A stretch of 64,000 nt of DNA, taken from the NCBI GenBank assembly GCA_951804945.1, contig OX638153.1, positions 48,856,001-48,920,000 of the forward strand, in the 5' to 3' direction. Shown in pieces: positions 37,246-48,051 of the stretch. Position 1 is the stretch's first letter. The number at the start of each line of letters is the position of its first letter. A program made the translations under genes and the position numbers. The notes below the pieces were generated by a model. It did no database searches. It was given only the letters and a program-made list of their open reading frames with translations, and was not told where the DNA came from. The DNA is from Podarcis cretensis. Its lineage: Eukaryota.

Positions 37246-40151
37246 GGACAGTTGCTGTTACTGCTGGAGGGGTGCAGAGTGCTTTTAAAATGTTTTAAAA
37301 ATTTTATTTTGAATTTTTTGTATGTGGGGGTGGGGTGGATGTTTATTGGGCCTGGGAATTTGTTTGATTTTATGTTTTTGTAATTTTTATTGTTTTTTGT
37401 TTGTATTGTTTTATTTGTGTTGTTGTTGTTGTTGTTGTTGTTTTTTAAAGGTGTTATTTTGTTCTTAAGGGGAGGGGTCAGGGCTGCTGGGGAGTTGGTC
37501 CCAGCCAACAAAATGGCTGGGACATGTTTCACAGGGGGGAATGCACTGGGACAACCGATCTCAGTGATCACAGGTAGGAGGAGGAGTTACGCTAAGACCA
37601 GACCATGTCATTACAGAGGAGGCAGGTTTAGTCGTTGTCTGAGGACTATCCCTGCCTCCGGGTCTGGTCCTGACCGGATGGATACTAGAATCAGCAAGGG
37701 ATACCCACATGACCTGAAAGTGTTGCTGTGCAATGCCAGGTCAATGATTCATAAGACCACTGCCATCCATGACTTGATCATGGATGGAGGACTTGACCTG
37801 GCCTGGATGAAGCAGATGGGCCTGTCCTTGCCGCTGCTTGTCCACCAGGTTTCTCTTACGCACAGCAACCCAGGTCATGTGGGCGGGGAGGGGGGGTTGC
37901 AGTGATTTTTAGGAAGTCATTAGTTTGCACCAGGCGTCCTATTGGGAAGACCCAATTTTCCGAGTGCATGTTCTGGAAGTTGGGCAATAGGGGCAGTACA
38001 GGATTCCTTTTGGTGTACCGACCTCCCCGCTGCACCAAGGATTCCCTGCCCGAGCTGCTTCAGGTTGTGGCGGATGTTCTCCTGGAGACACCTAGCTTGG
38101 TTGTCCTAGGGGATTTTAACATCCATGCCGACATGACCTTACAAGGGGCCGCTCGGGACTTTGTGGAAAGCATGGCCTCCATGGGGCTGTCCCTGAATAA
38201 GTCTGGCCCAACCCATAGCCGCGGACATGCCTTGGACCTGGTGTTTACCTCTATGGATGTTGGTGATCTGACACTAAGTAAAAGTGAAACGAAAGAAGTG
38301 CCATGGTCAGATCACTTCCTGGTGCAACTGGACTTCTCTGCGACCCTTCCCCTCTGCAGGTAGGTGGGACCAATTCAGATGGTCCGCCCCCGCCACTTAA
38401 TGGATCCAAATGGTTTCCAGAGAGTGGTAGGGGATGCTTTATCCCATGTTGATGGCCTTTCAGCCGATTCCCTGGTGGCCCACTGGAATGTGGAGTTAAC
38501 CAGGGCTATTGACTGTTTGGCTCGAAGTGCCCTCTCCGATTGCATGGAGCCCGGAGAGCCCCGTGGTTTTCCACGGATCTGAGGGCAATGAAACAATCGT
38601 TGAGACGGCTAGAGCGCCGGTGGCGGATAACTCATTCCGAATCTGACCGGACACAGGTTAGAGCTCAACGTCAAGCCTACCAAGTGGCGATAGCGACGGC
38701 GAAGAAGACTTTCTTCACTGCCTCTATTGCATCTGCAGAAAACAGCAGCAGGAGACTCTTTCAGGTGGTTCACAATTTAGCGGAACCACCTGTAACATCG
38801 GCGCCCAGTACGGGCCATATGTTCTCCTGCAATGATTTTGCAATTTTTTTTGCAGATAAAATCGCTCAGATTCGGGAAGAAGTAGACTCCACCATGGGAG
38901 CAGGGCCGGGGCGGGAGAGTGCTAGAGTCCTGTCTGGTCAAGTTGTGTGGGATCAATTCCAATCTGTTACCTCCGAGGATGTGCACAGGCTGCTTGGACG
39001 AGTGAAGCCAACCACCTGTCTCCTGGATCCTTGCCCATCCTGGCTTATAAAAGCTAGCCGGGAAGGACTGGGCGATGGGCTTCGTGGGGTGGTGAATGCT
39101 TCCCTTCGTGAGGGAGCCTTCCCAGACCCGCTGAAAGAGGCGGTTATTAAACCGCTTCTTAAAAAACCATCTTTAGATGCGGCCACGATGGCCAATTATC
39201 GCCCAGTCTCAAACCTTCCATTCTTGGGCAAGGTGATTGAGCGAGTGGTTGCTGAACAACTCCAGGCACACCTGGAAGAAGCGGACCATTTGGATCCCTT
39301 CCAGTCGGGATTCAGGCCTCATCATGGGACTGAAACTGCCTTGGTCGCACTGGTTGATGATCTCCGGCGGGCTAGGGACAAAGGTGAGAGCTGTTTCCTA
39401 GTTCTGCTGAATGGGGTAACTGTGCCCCTGAAGGACCAGGTGTGCAGCTTGGGAGTCATTTTGGACTCACAGGTGTCCATGGAGGCACAGGTCAAATCTG
39501 TATCCAGGGCAGCTGTTTACCAGTTCCATCTGGTACGTAGGCTGAGACCCTATCTGCCTGCAGACTGTCTCGCCAGAGTGGTACATGCTCTGGTTATCTC
39601 CCGCTTGGACTACTGCAATGCGCTCTACGTGGGGCTACCTTTGAAGGTGACCCGGAAACTACAACTAATCCAGAATGCGGCAGCTAGACTGGTGACTGGG
39701 AGCGGCCGCCGAGACCATATAACACCGGTCTTGAAAGACCTACATTGGCTCCCAGTACGTTTCCGAGCACAATTCAAAGTGTTGGTGCTGACCTTTAAAG
39801 CCCTAAATGGCCTCGGTCCAGTATATCTGAAGGAGCGTCTCCTCCCCCATCGTTCTGCTCGGACACTGAGGTCCAGCTCCGAGGGCCTTCTGGCGGTTCC
39901 CTCACTGCGAGAGGTCAGGTTACAGGGAACCAGGCAGAGGGCCTTCTCAGTAGTGGCGCCCACCCTGTGGAATGCCCTCCCATCAGATGTCAAAGCGATA
40001 AACAACTACCTGACATTCAGAAGACATCTGAAGGCAGCCCTGTTCAGGGAAGTTTTTAATATGTGACATTTTAGTGTATTTTTCATCCTTGTTGGAAGCC
40101 GCCCAGAGTGGCTGAGGAAACCCAGCCAGATGGGCGGGGTACAAATAATAA

Positions 40152-40193
<42 letters not shown>
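36827..40193 (+). mobile_element. Near full-length L2/CR1-group LINE, defective
   Basis: 5' tandem repeats; ORF from ~37513 with APE motifs (LLCNARS, VYRPP, LGDFN, GHALDLVF, SDH) and RT-flanking motifs (NYRPVSNLPFLGK, QSGFR, HGTETAL, SRLDYCN, LHWLPV). Frameshifts, stop at 38361, RT core deleted near 39409; 3' stem-loop plus (TTA)n tail. Confidence 0.9.
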
Positions 40194-40195
<2 letters not shown>

Positions 40196-40212
40196 AGGTT
40201 AGCAGAAAGCAA

Positions 40213-40619
40213 GCACCTACATTGGCTCCCAGTACGTTTCCGAGCACAATTCAAAGTGTTGGTGTTGACCTTTAAAGCCCTAAATGGCCTTGGCCCACTA
40301 TACCAGAAGGAGTGTCTCCACCCCCATCGTTCTGCCCGGACGCTGAGGTCCAGCGCCGAGGGCCTTCTGGCGGTTCCCTCATTGCGAGAAGCAAAGCTAC
40401 AGGGAACCAGGCAGAGGGCCTTCTCAGTAGTGGCGCCCGCCCTGTGGAACGCCCTCCCATCAGATGTCAAAGAGATAAACCTGACATTCAGAAGACATCT
40501 GAAGGCAGCCCTGTTCAAGGAAGTTTCTAATGTGTGACATCTTAGTGTATTTTTGGTCTTTGTTGGAAGCCACCCAGAGTGGCTGGAGAAACCCAGCCAG
40601 ATGGGCGGGGTACAAATAA

Positions 40620-40655
<36 letters not shown>
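40213..40655 (+). mobile_element. 5'-truncated second copy of the same L2-type LINE
   Basis: Repeats LHWLPVRFRAQFK...FKEV, the 3' stem-loop and the (TTA)n tail. Confidence 0.9.
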
Positions 40656-42309
40656 GGCTAATGGTTTGTTGTGATGCAGAGGTGGGCTCTATCACTGATG
40701 ATGCTGTGGAATGCACTCCCTGTTGATATATGAAAAGCCCTATCTATATTGGCATTCTGCTGTCTTTTGAAGACACACCTGTTTATGCAGGCATTCCCCT
40801 GAGCTCTCAGACTGGGTCGCCTGTTTTAATTACTGTGTTGTTTTAAAAGGGATTGTTTTATTGTATATTCTAAAACTGGGTGCTTACAATTCTCACTGGA
40901 TGACTTTGGGCCAATCACTAACCCTGGTCATAGCCTACCCCAAAGGTTTACTGTGCCAGGAGCATGTGAGCTCCCCTGTGGATTTGGGAGAAAAGATGAG
41001 ATAAAGAAATCATCACTGTCATCATCTTTAAAAGTCTGATGTATCAAGGCAACATTTTGTAGCCTGCCAAGCAACAGCAGATTCGTTCATTTATTTTTAG
41101 AGGCAGGAGACGGAGTTTGTGTGAATTCAGCTCAGTAGTTGGAGGAATAAAGCACCCTATCTCCCGGCCACCTAAAGATTGCCATCTTGTCTAATACACT
41201 ATCAGTAGCTTCACTAGCAGCCAGAGAGGAACAGACCTGTGATGCTTTAATTGTGTCAGTCAACAGGGGAGAATTGCCAGTCTCTCTCCAGAGTTTCAGT
41301 TTGCAGCCAATTTAGAGAACATTTTCACAACAGCTACAGCAGTGATTCTTTTTTCTTACGGTTGTTGACTAACTAATTGATGACAGACACCAGAATCTGA
41401 GAATACCTATTTGGTGAAGTCTTTCGCTAATCTAAACTTTAAATAATATGCAGGAATTGTTTGGTAGTCTCACAATACATTGGATTCACAAAACGGGTAA
41501 GCAGGGAGGGTTTGCACATGCTGGTTGGCTGTTTATGTTCTCTGTGGGACCCCTTCTGCATAAAGAGGTTTCAGTATGTAGAAGGTGGGAAGCAAATACA
41601 GTCCAAATCAGCCTTGATTACATTGGCTGGAGGGGAAAAAATGCTGCTGTGATCACAGAAACGGCCCACAGTCTAATCCGGAATCCAGTTACAGAGTATT
41701 GTATTTAAGTCAATTTATTCTAATTGAACTAAAATCAGCTTAAAGCCAAAATCCTCTAGTTTACTGGTAGGTGGCCCACAGCCAGAGGTTCAGATAATGT
41801 CAGGAAGAGTTAATAAGTATTTTGTGAGGAAGAGAGGGCAGAAACATTACAGACACTGCTTGGAGTCAGAAGGATGGTGACGGTCTGGAACATGATTAGA
41901 AATTAAACAATGTTCTGATATTTTATTTTTCCTGTTGAATTCCTGACTCCTCACTACTAAGTATTTGTGCTAATCTGCTGCATCAAAATGCCACATTTGT
42001 GCCTGCAGTGTTAAGCTAATCCAATATTTAGCACCACTTTGGCAACATTGCTACTGAAACATTCTATAGTGAGTATGGACAGACTACCTCTCAGGCCTTA
42101 TTGTTAATTCTGTAATATGTCCCCATACAGTGGTGATCTGAATGCTATTAGCATGGATTAGCCCAGCAAATGAGTAAATCCCAACTTTCTCATGAAGAGA
42201 ATGCACCAGCTTCCACGAGTTTGAATCGGGCAATCATTTTGTATTAAGTTTTAATTTATATAAAGAATTCAAGAGAGAAAAAGCCCTGAACAGCTATTTT
42301 ACCTGCATT

Positions 42310-42500
42310 ATGTTTTAGTAGTCATTGACTACACCAAATGGGCTGAGGCCTTTGTCCTTCCAGACCAGGAAACCATTGCTGTGTCCTGGTTTTTGTTGAG
42401 AAATGCATTGTATGCATGGCACACCTAGATGCATACAGACCAGAATGCAAGTTTTGAGTCAAAACTTTCGCAAGATTTGTGAGCTGCTAGAAATCCACAC
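42310..42500 (+). mobile_element. Gypsy-type integrase core relic
   Basis: Frameshifted translation YVLVVIDY.TKWAEAFVLPDQE...MHTDQNASFESKL. Confidence 0.7.
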
Positions 42501-42563
42501 AGTGGTTGCACTAGCACGTCCTTTAACAATGTCAGGACCACTTTCTCTCTAAAAGGACTTCTG

Positions 42564-44612
42564 TTTTTTTTTTAATGAATATTTATTAGCATTTTTAAAA
42601 ACAAAACAACAACAAAAATAGACAAAAATACAAAAATCCAAAACTTACAAACAATTAAAAATACCCAAACACATAAAGTTTCAATTACTTATTTTCATTT
42701 AACTTGTTTCTCAGACCTCCTCACACCTCCCCTTCTTGTATTCCAGTTTAAATTATTAGCTCAGCAAGTCCTTATTGCTTATTTCTCAGCTTTAACTTAA
42801 TAATTTATTTTAGCATGTTGTTATTTCACTTTTCCTCCTTTCTTCCATATTCTCAATTTATTTTTGCAAGCCTTATTTTCATTTAATTTAAACCATTTTA
42901 AAAACCAATTTCAGGTTATCCAAACTTAAACATCAATATTTATACATCATCACTCATTCTAAACATTTTTCTAAAGTCGACCAAAATTTCCCTTCCACGG
43001 CTTTCCCCATTTTCATACAAATAGCGAAACAAAAATAAAAACAGAACATATTATAATTATATACCCTTTGGATTCCCAAACTCCACCCTCCCCCTTCCCG
43101 GTTTCAGTCCCCAACAAGTGTCCATCAGTCCCAATATACTGTTTAGCCTGGAGATCTCACATCCGAGGCTCTTAATTCTCTCTCAGTTCCTCTCTGCCGG
43201 TCTTTTTGATAGTCCTTAATGTTGAACCCCAAATCTCGGAGAGGCTCTGGCCCAACAGGATCCATGTTTCTTCCAGCCAGTCCTCCATATTTAAAAGTAA
43301 GGCCTATGGGGTACTCCAAATCTTGTTTCATACTCCTTTCAAGTCCAAATGTCCCCAAAGCTCCAACTTCCTTGACCAAATTTCTAATCCTTCGATCTTC
43401 AGATCTCCACATAAGAAGATCTCTCAATTTTCCACTCTCCAATTCAGGCCAGACTTTCCACATCAGGTTTTTGTTTTGCTTTGTTTCCATCATGTCAGGC
43501 CTCAAGTTACAGTTTTCCTTTAACATCTGCGAAATTACAGCTCCTCCTTCCTTTTGTTCAGGGGCAACATATGTCTCCTTCTCCATAATCTCAAAGCTCT
43601 CAAGTTTCTCTGTTGGTCCAATTGAATAGGCTTCCTGTTTCAAATCCTTATCAGTTTCAACAAGGTTGTTTACTGTTAAGTCCAGAGTTGTAACATTTAT
43701 AGCCAAAACATTGATTTGGCCTTGTAACTTTCCCAAGAGAATGAAGGCTCTGTCCAATTCAACCTGGATTTTCCCTCCTCCAGCCATTCTTGTAGTGTCC
43801 CTAAACCCCCTCTAGAGGGATTTTAGTTCCTTACTATTCCTTTCAGCTCAAATCCAAAAATCAAGTTAGTTTGTATCAGCCCTTCCTTATTTTCAACAAA
43901 TTGTAACAAATATAACCAGCAGAAGCAACAAAAACAAGTTCTCTTTTTCCGTCTTGACAGCTAACTTGACAGCTGTCAAACTCTTCAGAACTTCATCAAC
44001 AGGCTCTCTCGTGGGACGCTCCCAGATCCGGGGGGGGGGGGGGGGTGAAAGTTCAGCTCCCAAATTTTTTTTATCCTCCAGTAAAATTCCTTATAATGTC
44101 AAACCGTGAAATTAAAATCTTTTTACAAAAAGAAAAGAAGAGGTTTTCTCGACCTTAGTTAGCAGGTCCTTTGCTTTAAATTATTTACAAAGGGGGGGGG
44201 GGCGACTTCCTTTTTAAACCTTCCCCGCTCGTTCCTAATTCATCAAAAATTTTCTTTAAAGTTCCAATTTCCGTACTACTCACGGGTTGTTGCTTTTAAG
44301 TCCAATTGTTCAAAGGAAAAAGTCAGCGCTCTACGACAATGGCTTGCGGCTTCACTCCACAGAAGAAGCGGTCTACTCTCAGCACCATGCCGCACCCCGT
44401 CCCCGTTCCGGAGCCTTTAAAAAGGCTCCTTCGCAGATTGGGGGGGGGCACAAATGGTGCCCGCCGAGTCACCAAGCTCACAGGCTTCCGCGCCTGTGAT
44501 TTTTAAGGGTCCCCGCGTCGTCGCCGCGGCTGGACCCGATCCTGCAGAGCCGATTCCCTCCAGAGCTCGGAGGGAATCCGCCATTAGCCGATGACGCTAA
44601 CCTGGAAGTCCT
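42564..44612 (-). mobile_element. Full-length non-autonomous L1-type retroposon (HAL1-like), copy B, ~2.05 kb
   Basis: 16-bp TSD TCTAAAAGGACTTCTG at 42548-42563 and 44651-44666. 5' ~330 nt clearly homologous to copy A; AATAAA plus A tail at the left end. Confidence 0.85.
43143..43787 (-). CDS. 214-aa ORF of retroposon copy B, probably a shortened L1 ORF1p derivative
   Basis: MAGGGKIQVELDRAFILLGKLQGQ aligns with MATDGKLQAEIERMFLLVGILQEQ; YQKDRQRGTERELRASDVRSPG* aligns with YQQNRQRETDRDLKASDVRNPG*. Confidence 0.6.
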   Translation of the reverse strand: MAGGGKIQVELDRAFILLGKLQGQINVLAINVTTLDLTVNNLVETDKDLKQEAYSIGPTEKLESFEIMEKETYVAPEQKEGGAVISQMLKENCNLRPDMMETKQNKNLMWKVWPELESGKLRDLLMWRSEDRRIRNLVKEVGALGTFGLERSMKQDLEYPIGLTFKYGGLAGRNMDPVGPEPLRDLGFNIKDYQKDRQRGTERELRASDVRSPG

Positions 44613-44650
44613 CTGGTTTCTCTTCAGATCGTATAAATCTTTCACCTTTT
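44611..44650 (+). pseudogene. RNU5: U5 snRNA 5' fragment (about nt 4-43), retro-captured antisense to the adjacent retroposon
   Basis: CTCTGGTTTCTCTTCAGATCGTATAAATCTTTCACCTTTT matches the vertebrate U5 5' end (ATACTCTGGTTTCTCTTCAGATCGYATAAATCTTTCGCCTTTTACTAAAG) and stops in loop I. It lies inside the element's TSD. Confidence 0.9.
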
Positions 44651-46099
44651 TCTAAAAGGACTTCTGGACCTATTCATTTTCTCCCTACTAGAGGCTATAA
44701 GTCGTGAAAGGCAAAGATCCAGTGAACATGTGGTTCCATGAACCTGATAAAGCACCTTGCCCACATATGTGGGCCTCATAAACAAAGATAATTCAGTAAT
44801 ATACAACCAGCCAATGCTCTGGGCAGCTTCATGGACTGGCCTACCATAATTGGCTACAAGCAATTTTACCCTCAAAATGCCTCACAGCAAAAACCTCTCC
44901 TAGCAGGCCACCACTGGACCTACTGCATCATGTTTAAAAGGCCATAAGCCACTCTGAAAAAACTCCATAATTCATACAAGTATTCAGCTGGATTCTTCAT
45001 AAGTCTTCCTCCACTTGTGTCCTGCACATGGACAGGCAAAGTTTGTGATGTTTGCTTGTTTAGTTTTCAGTTTGCTCAATTCACTGTAAATGTCAGCCTG
45101 GAAAAATACATAGAGGTAAGGGAGGATGTGGGTGTTGCAGATATTAATATTGCTCAGTTTGAAGCGACTGGAAAAATAAGAACGGACTTCTTTTGAAATA
45201 AATGTACTATCCATAAAAATGTTATCCAAACTTTTACTGGAGCAGCGCCATCTTAAACATATCTGATGCTGTGGTGCAAAGATCCCTCCAGCGCCCCACC
45301 CCCCGTTTCCCAGAGTTGGCGATCTTTTCCCAAGCCTCTGCAGGAATCGCTCTCCTCCCGCGGGGGCTTGGGAAGGTTGCTGAACATCCGCCAGTCATAT
45401 GGTTGACAGGGTGCAGCTTGCAGGAGTGCAGGAGGGAAAGGGGAGGCCGCCGGCAAAACCACGCAGCTCCCCAACTCGCTGGGGCGCCCCTGAGAGGATG
45501 GCACCCTGGTGCAACGCGCCAGTAAACCCAATGGGAAAGATGGCTCTGACTGGCAGAACTCTTTAAAATAAAGCAGAATATATCAAATGTTAGAGCCAAA
45601 ATATCCATACAGTGTCTTGTGCTGCCCAGCACAGGCTCAGCATTTTAGAAAATATGAAATAATCCAGGCAGACGTATAAGCAAAGGTTTCTCTATCTCCA
45701 CAGCCTGCATTCCAGCCTCCAGACTTTACTTTCATTTCAGGAGAGCTTTGTTTACAACCTCACTCCATTAACTTTGGTAGACAAAGACTAAAAGGCAACT
45801 TCCTTTGTGATCTGAGCTGCTTATTATTGTGTCCATGGGCATGGGATCATAAGGTGAACTCTGAACTACAATAAATCAAATTACTGGTTCTTGTTTTTTT
45901 CTATTTTGTAAAGCAAATAATGGCATGGCCATCTAAGTACTTTGGTGAGCAGATGACGAGCATAGAGTTTGGAGGGAATATCCAGCAGGCTAATGGGGGG
46001 GGGGGTAGTTTTGGGGGAGGGTTTTATTTCCTTTTTTGTAGATTGGCACAATGATGTTCAATTTCCAACCAGCTGTCATTTGAGCTGTATTATTTATGT

Positions 46100-46400
46100 A
46101 GGTGTAGAGCTTAGCCAAGATGGGTTGCCACCAGTCCATATGTGTCATAAATTAGCTCTGGTGGCATCATGTCTTCACCTTGCACTTTATTTAGTTTTAA
46201 GCTCTCTATCAGAGATTTTATCCCTGCAGGGGTCACCCCTTGCCACTCTGGAAAATTTGACTGATCATTGATCACCTCGGCATCGGGTGATTGCCCTGTC
46301 TGTTTTCCAAAAAGTTCAGCGTAGTAATCCGTCCAATGTTGTGCTGATACGGTGGCGTCTAGTGTTGATCTTGATTCATTCATGCCCTGAGATACCAAAT
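46100..46400 (-). mobile_element. Degraded LINE ORF2 fragment (region just before the RT)
   Basis: HWTDYYAELF...VT..IKSLIESLKLNKVQGEDMMPPEL resembles the KAPGxD region. Confidence 0.6.
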
Positions 46401-46743
46401 ACGAAACAAGAAGAGGTGGGAGAAAATGGGAGGACTTACTTTGATAATTATAATATCTGTGAGATTTAAGAAAGACATCACGGCCATGGTTTATCACTTG
46501 GTAAAAACAATCAAACATTAAAACACATTTTCCCCTTTGTTCTACAGAGGAGGGGAAGTATTCTGTTCTACAGAATACTTTGTTCTAGAGGGGAGGGGGC
46601 AAAGTATTCTACTGGGATCATTTGATCTGGAAGTCTTTTACGGGGATCATTTTCAGACAAATGAATGATAGCAATGGATAACAGGCAGAAAGAGTAATAG
46701 CGTGAATACAAAAGTCAAACTAATCCACAGTTAAGTTTTGCCT

Positions 46744-46996
46744 CATGCTTTCCAGGCACTGACCTGTGCTTTGCAGCTCTGTGTCCGAGCTCTCTTCCCC
46801 CCTGCCCTAGAGCTTTCCACATGAAAACTCCTCTCTTTAAAGCTGAAGCACAATAAACTGCAATTCAAGTTTTCCACAAGTTACTGTTTCCTCCAGATCA
46901 GCAGCAGAGAGTGGGTTTTTCATGGGGAATGCTCCAGAACAACAAAAAAGTGCTGAGACACTGAACTTTAAGCATGGGTCATGCCCGGAAAGCATG
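46744..46996. repeat. ~250-bp imperfect palindrome (MITE-like) about 1 kb upstream of the second receptor
   Basis: catgctttccaggcactgacctgtgctt pairs with aagcatgggtcatgcccggaaagcatg; inner arms are also complementary. Confidence 0.6.
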
Positions 46997-47617
46997 GAGT
47001 TAAAGGAAGGGTGGACAAGCCCTTAATGCTGAAATACTAAATAAGGAATAAATGAACTACTAGACTCCCTAGCACGATGCAACCGAACATCTTTTGAAAA
47101 CAAAAATATCATCCCACTTTGAGAATTGACAATCCATCAGATTCAAAATATACTTTGCTTATTTTCTTTTGCACTACAGCTGGGCTGAATATATGAAAAC
47201 AACCCAGAGGTTAGAATTCTGGTTTTACAGAACGCCTAGTAATGAGAGAAACTGACACTCACTCATAATTAAATATTCTTCAATATTCATGAGCCGCAGA
47301 CCAGATTTCCCAACTTTCATGTAGCTGAGTCCCTCTAGTGGTAGCAGCATGGATAGCTCTTCAGCCTTTTAGTATTATTTCCACTCATTTAAAGTCAGCA
47401 GGTCTATTTATTTTTTGTAAAATGATAATGCACCAGAGGATGAGTAGAAAAACTTGGACTTCACAAACTATAACTGATTGAATGATGGCACATAAGGAAC
47501 AACGTAATGCTGTGGCTGGCCAATGGGGATATACCCTGCAGAAATGTGTGATGAGTAAGTACTGAAAGCTGCTAAAAGCATTGCTCTCTAGCTTTATGAT
47601 ATATCACACAGCTCACT

Positions 47618-47621
<4 letters not shown>

Positions 47622-47658
<37 letters not shown>
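47622..47658. repeat. (CT)n microsatellite at the putative promoter of the second receptor
   Basis: Directly visible, about 120 nt upstream of the donor at 47779. Confidence 0.95.
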
Positions 47659-47661
<3 letters not shown>

Positions 47662-47778
47662 CACACGCACATGCACACACTTTCTGCTGGCCATGGATTC
47701 GCGGGGGAGATAAATCGGAAGCAGTAGTTGCAAACTGACATGTACGAGAAAATCAAATGACTTCTGGAGACAACAGCT

Positions 47779-47930
47779 GTAAGTACCCTCATTTTTTTAC
47801 CTATTAAACTGCATGCTTGTGAAGTTACTGGGTTAACGTGCAATGAAAGAGAGAACATCAGTAATCGAATTGCACTTGGGAGAAAAAGAAAACACACCCA
47901 GCTGTCAAGGCTTTTTCTTTTCTTTTGCAG
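47779..47930 (+). other. Putative 5'UTR intron of the PRLHR2-like gene
   Basis: Donor GTAAGT at 47779; strong acceptor ctttttcttttcttttgcag ending at 47930; alternative acceptor tttgtgctctag ending at 48022. Confidence 0.55.
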
Positions 47931-48051
47931 ATGAGCATATATTCCCTATGGGGGCAACTCTATTATTCATTCAAGCCGACCCAAAGTGAATGAGTGTGAG
48001 TGCGTGTATGTTTGTGCTCTAGTCAACCCAAAACTGCAAAGGAAAAAGACA

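Noticed and set aside
44611-44650. Functional U5 gene
   Set aside because: Only 40 nt; lacks the Sm site and 3' stem-loop, has no snRNA promoter context, and lies inside a TSD.
47986-48051. 22-aa N-terminal extension of receptor 2
   Set aside because: It starts at GTG. ATG 48052 has a good context and gives a family-typical length.
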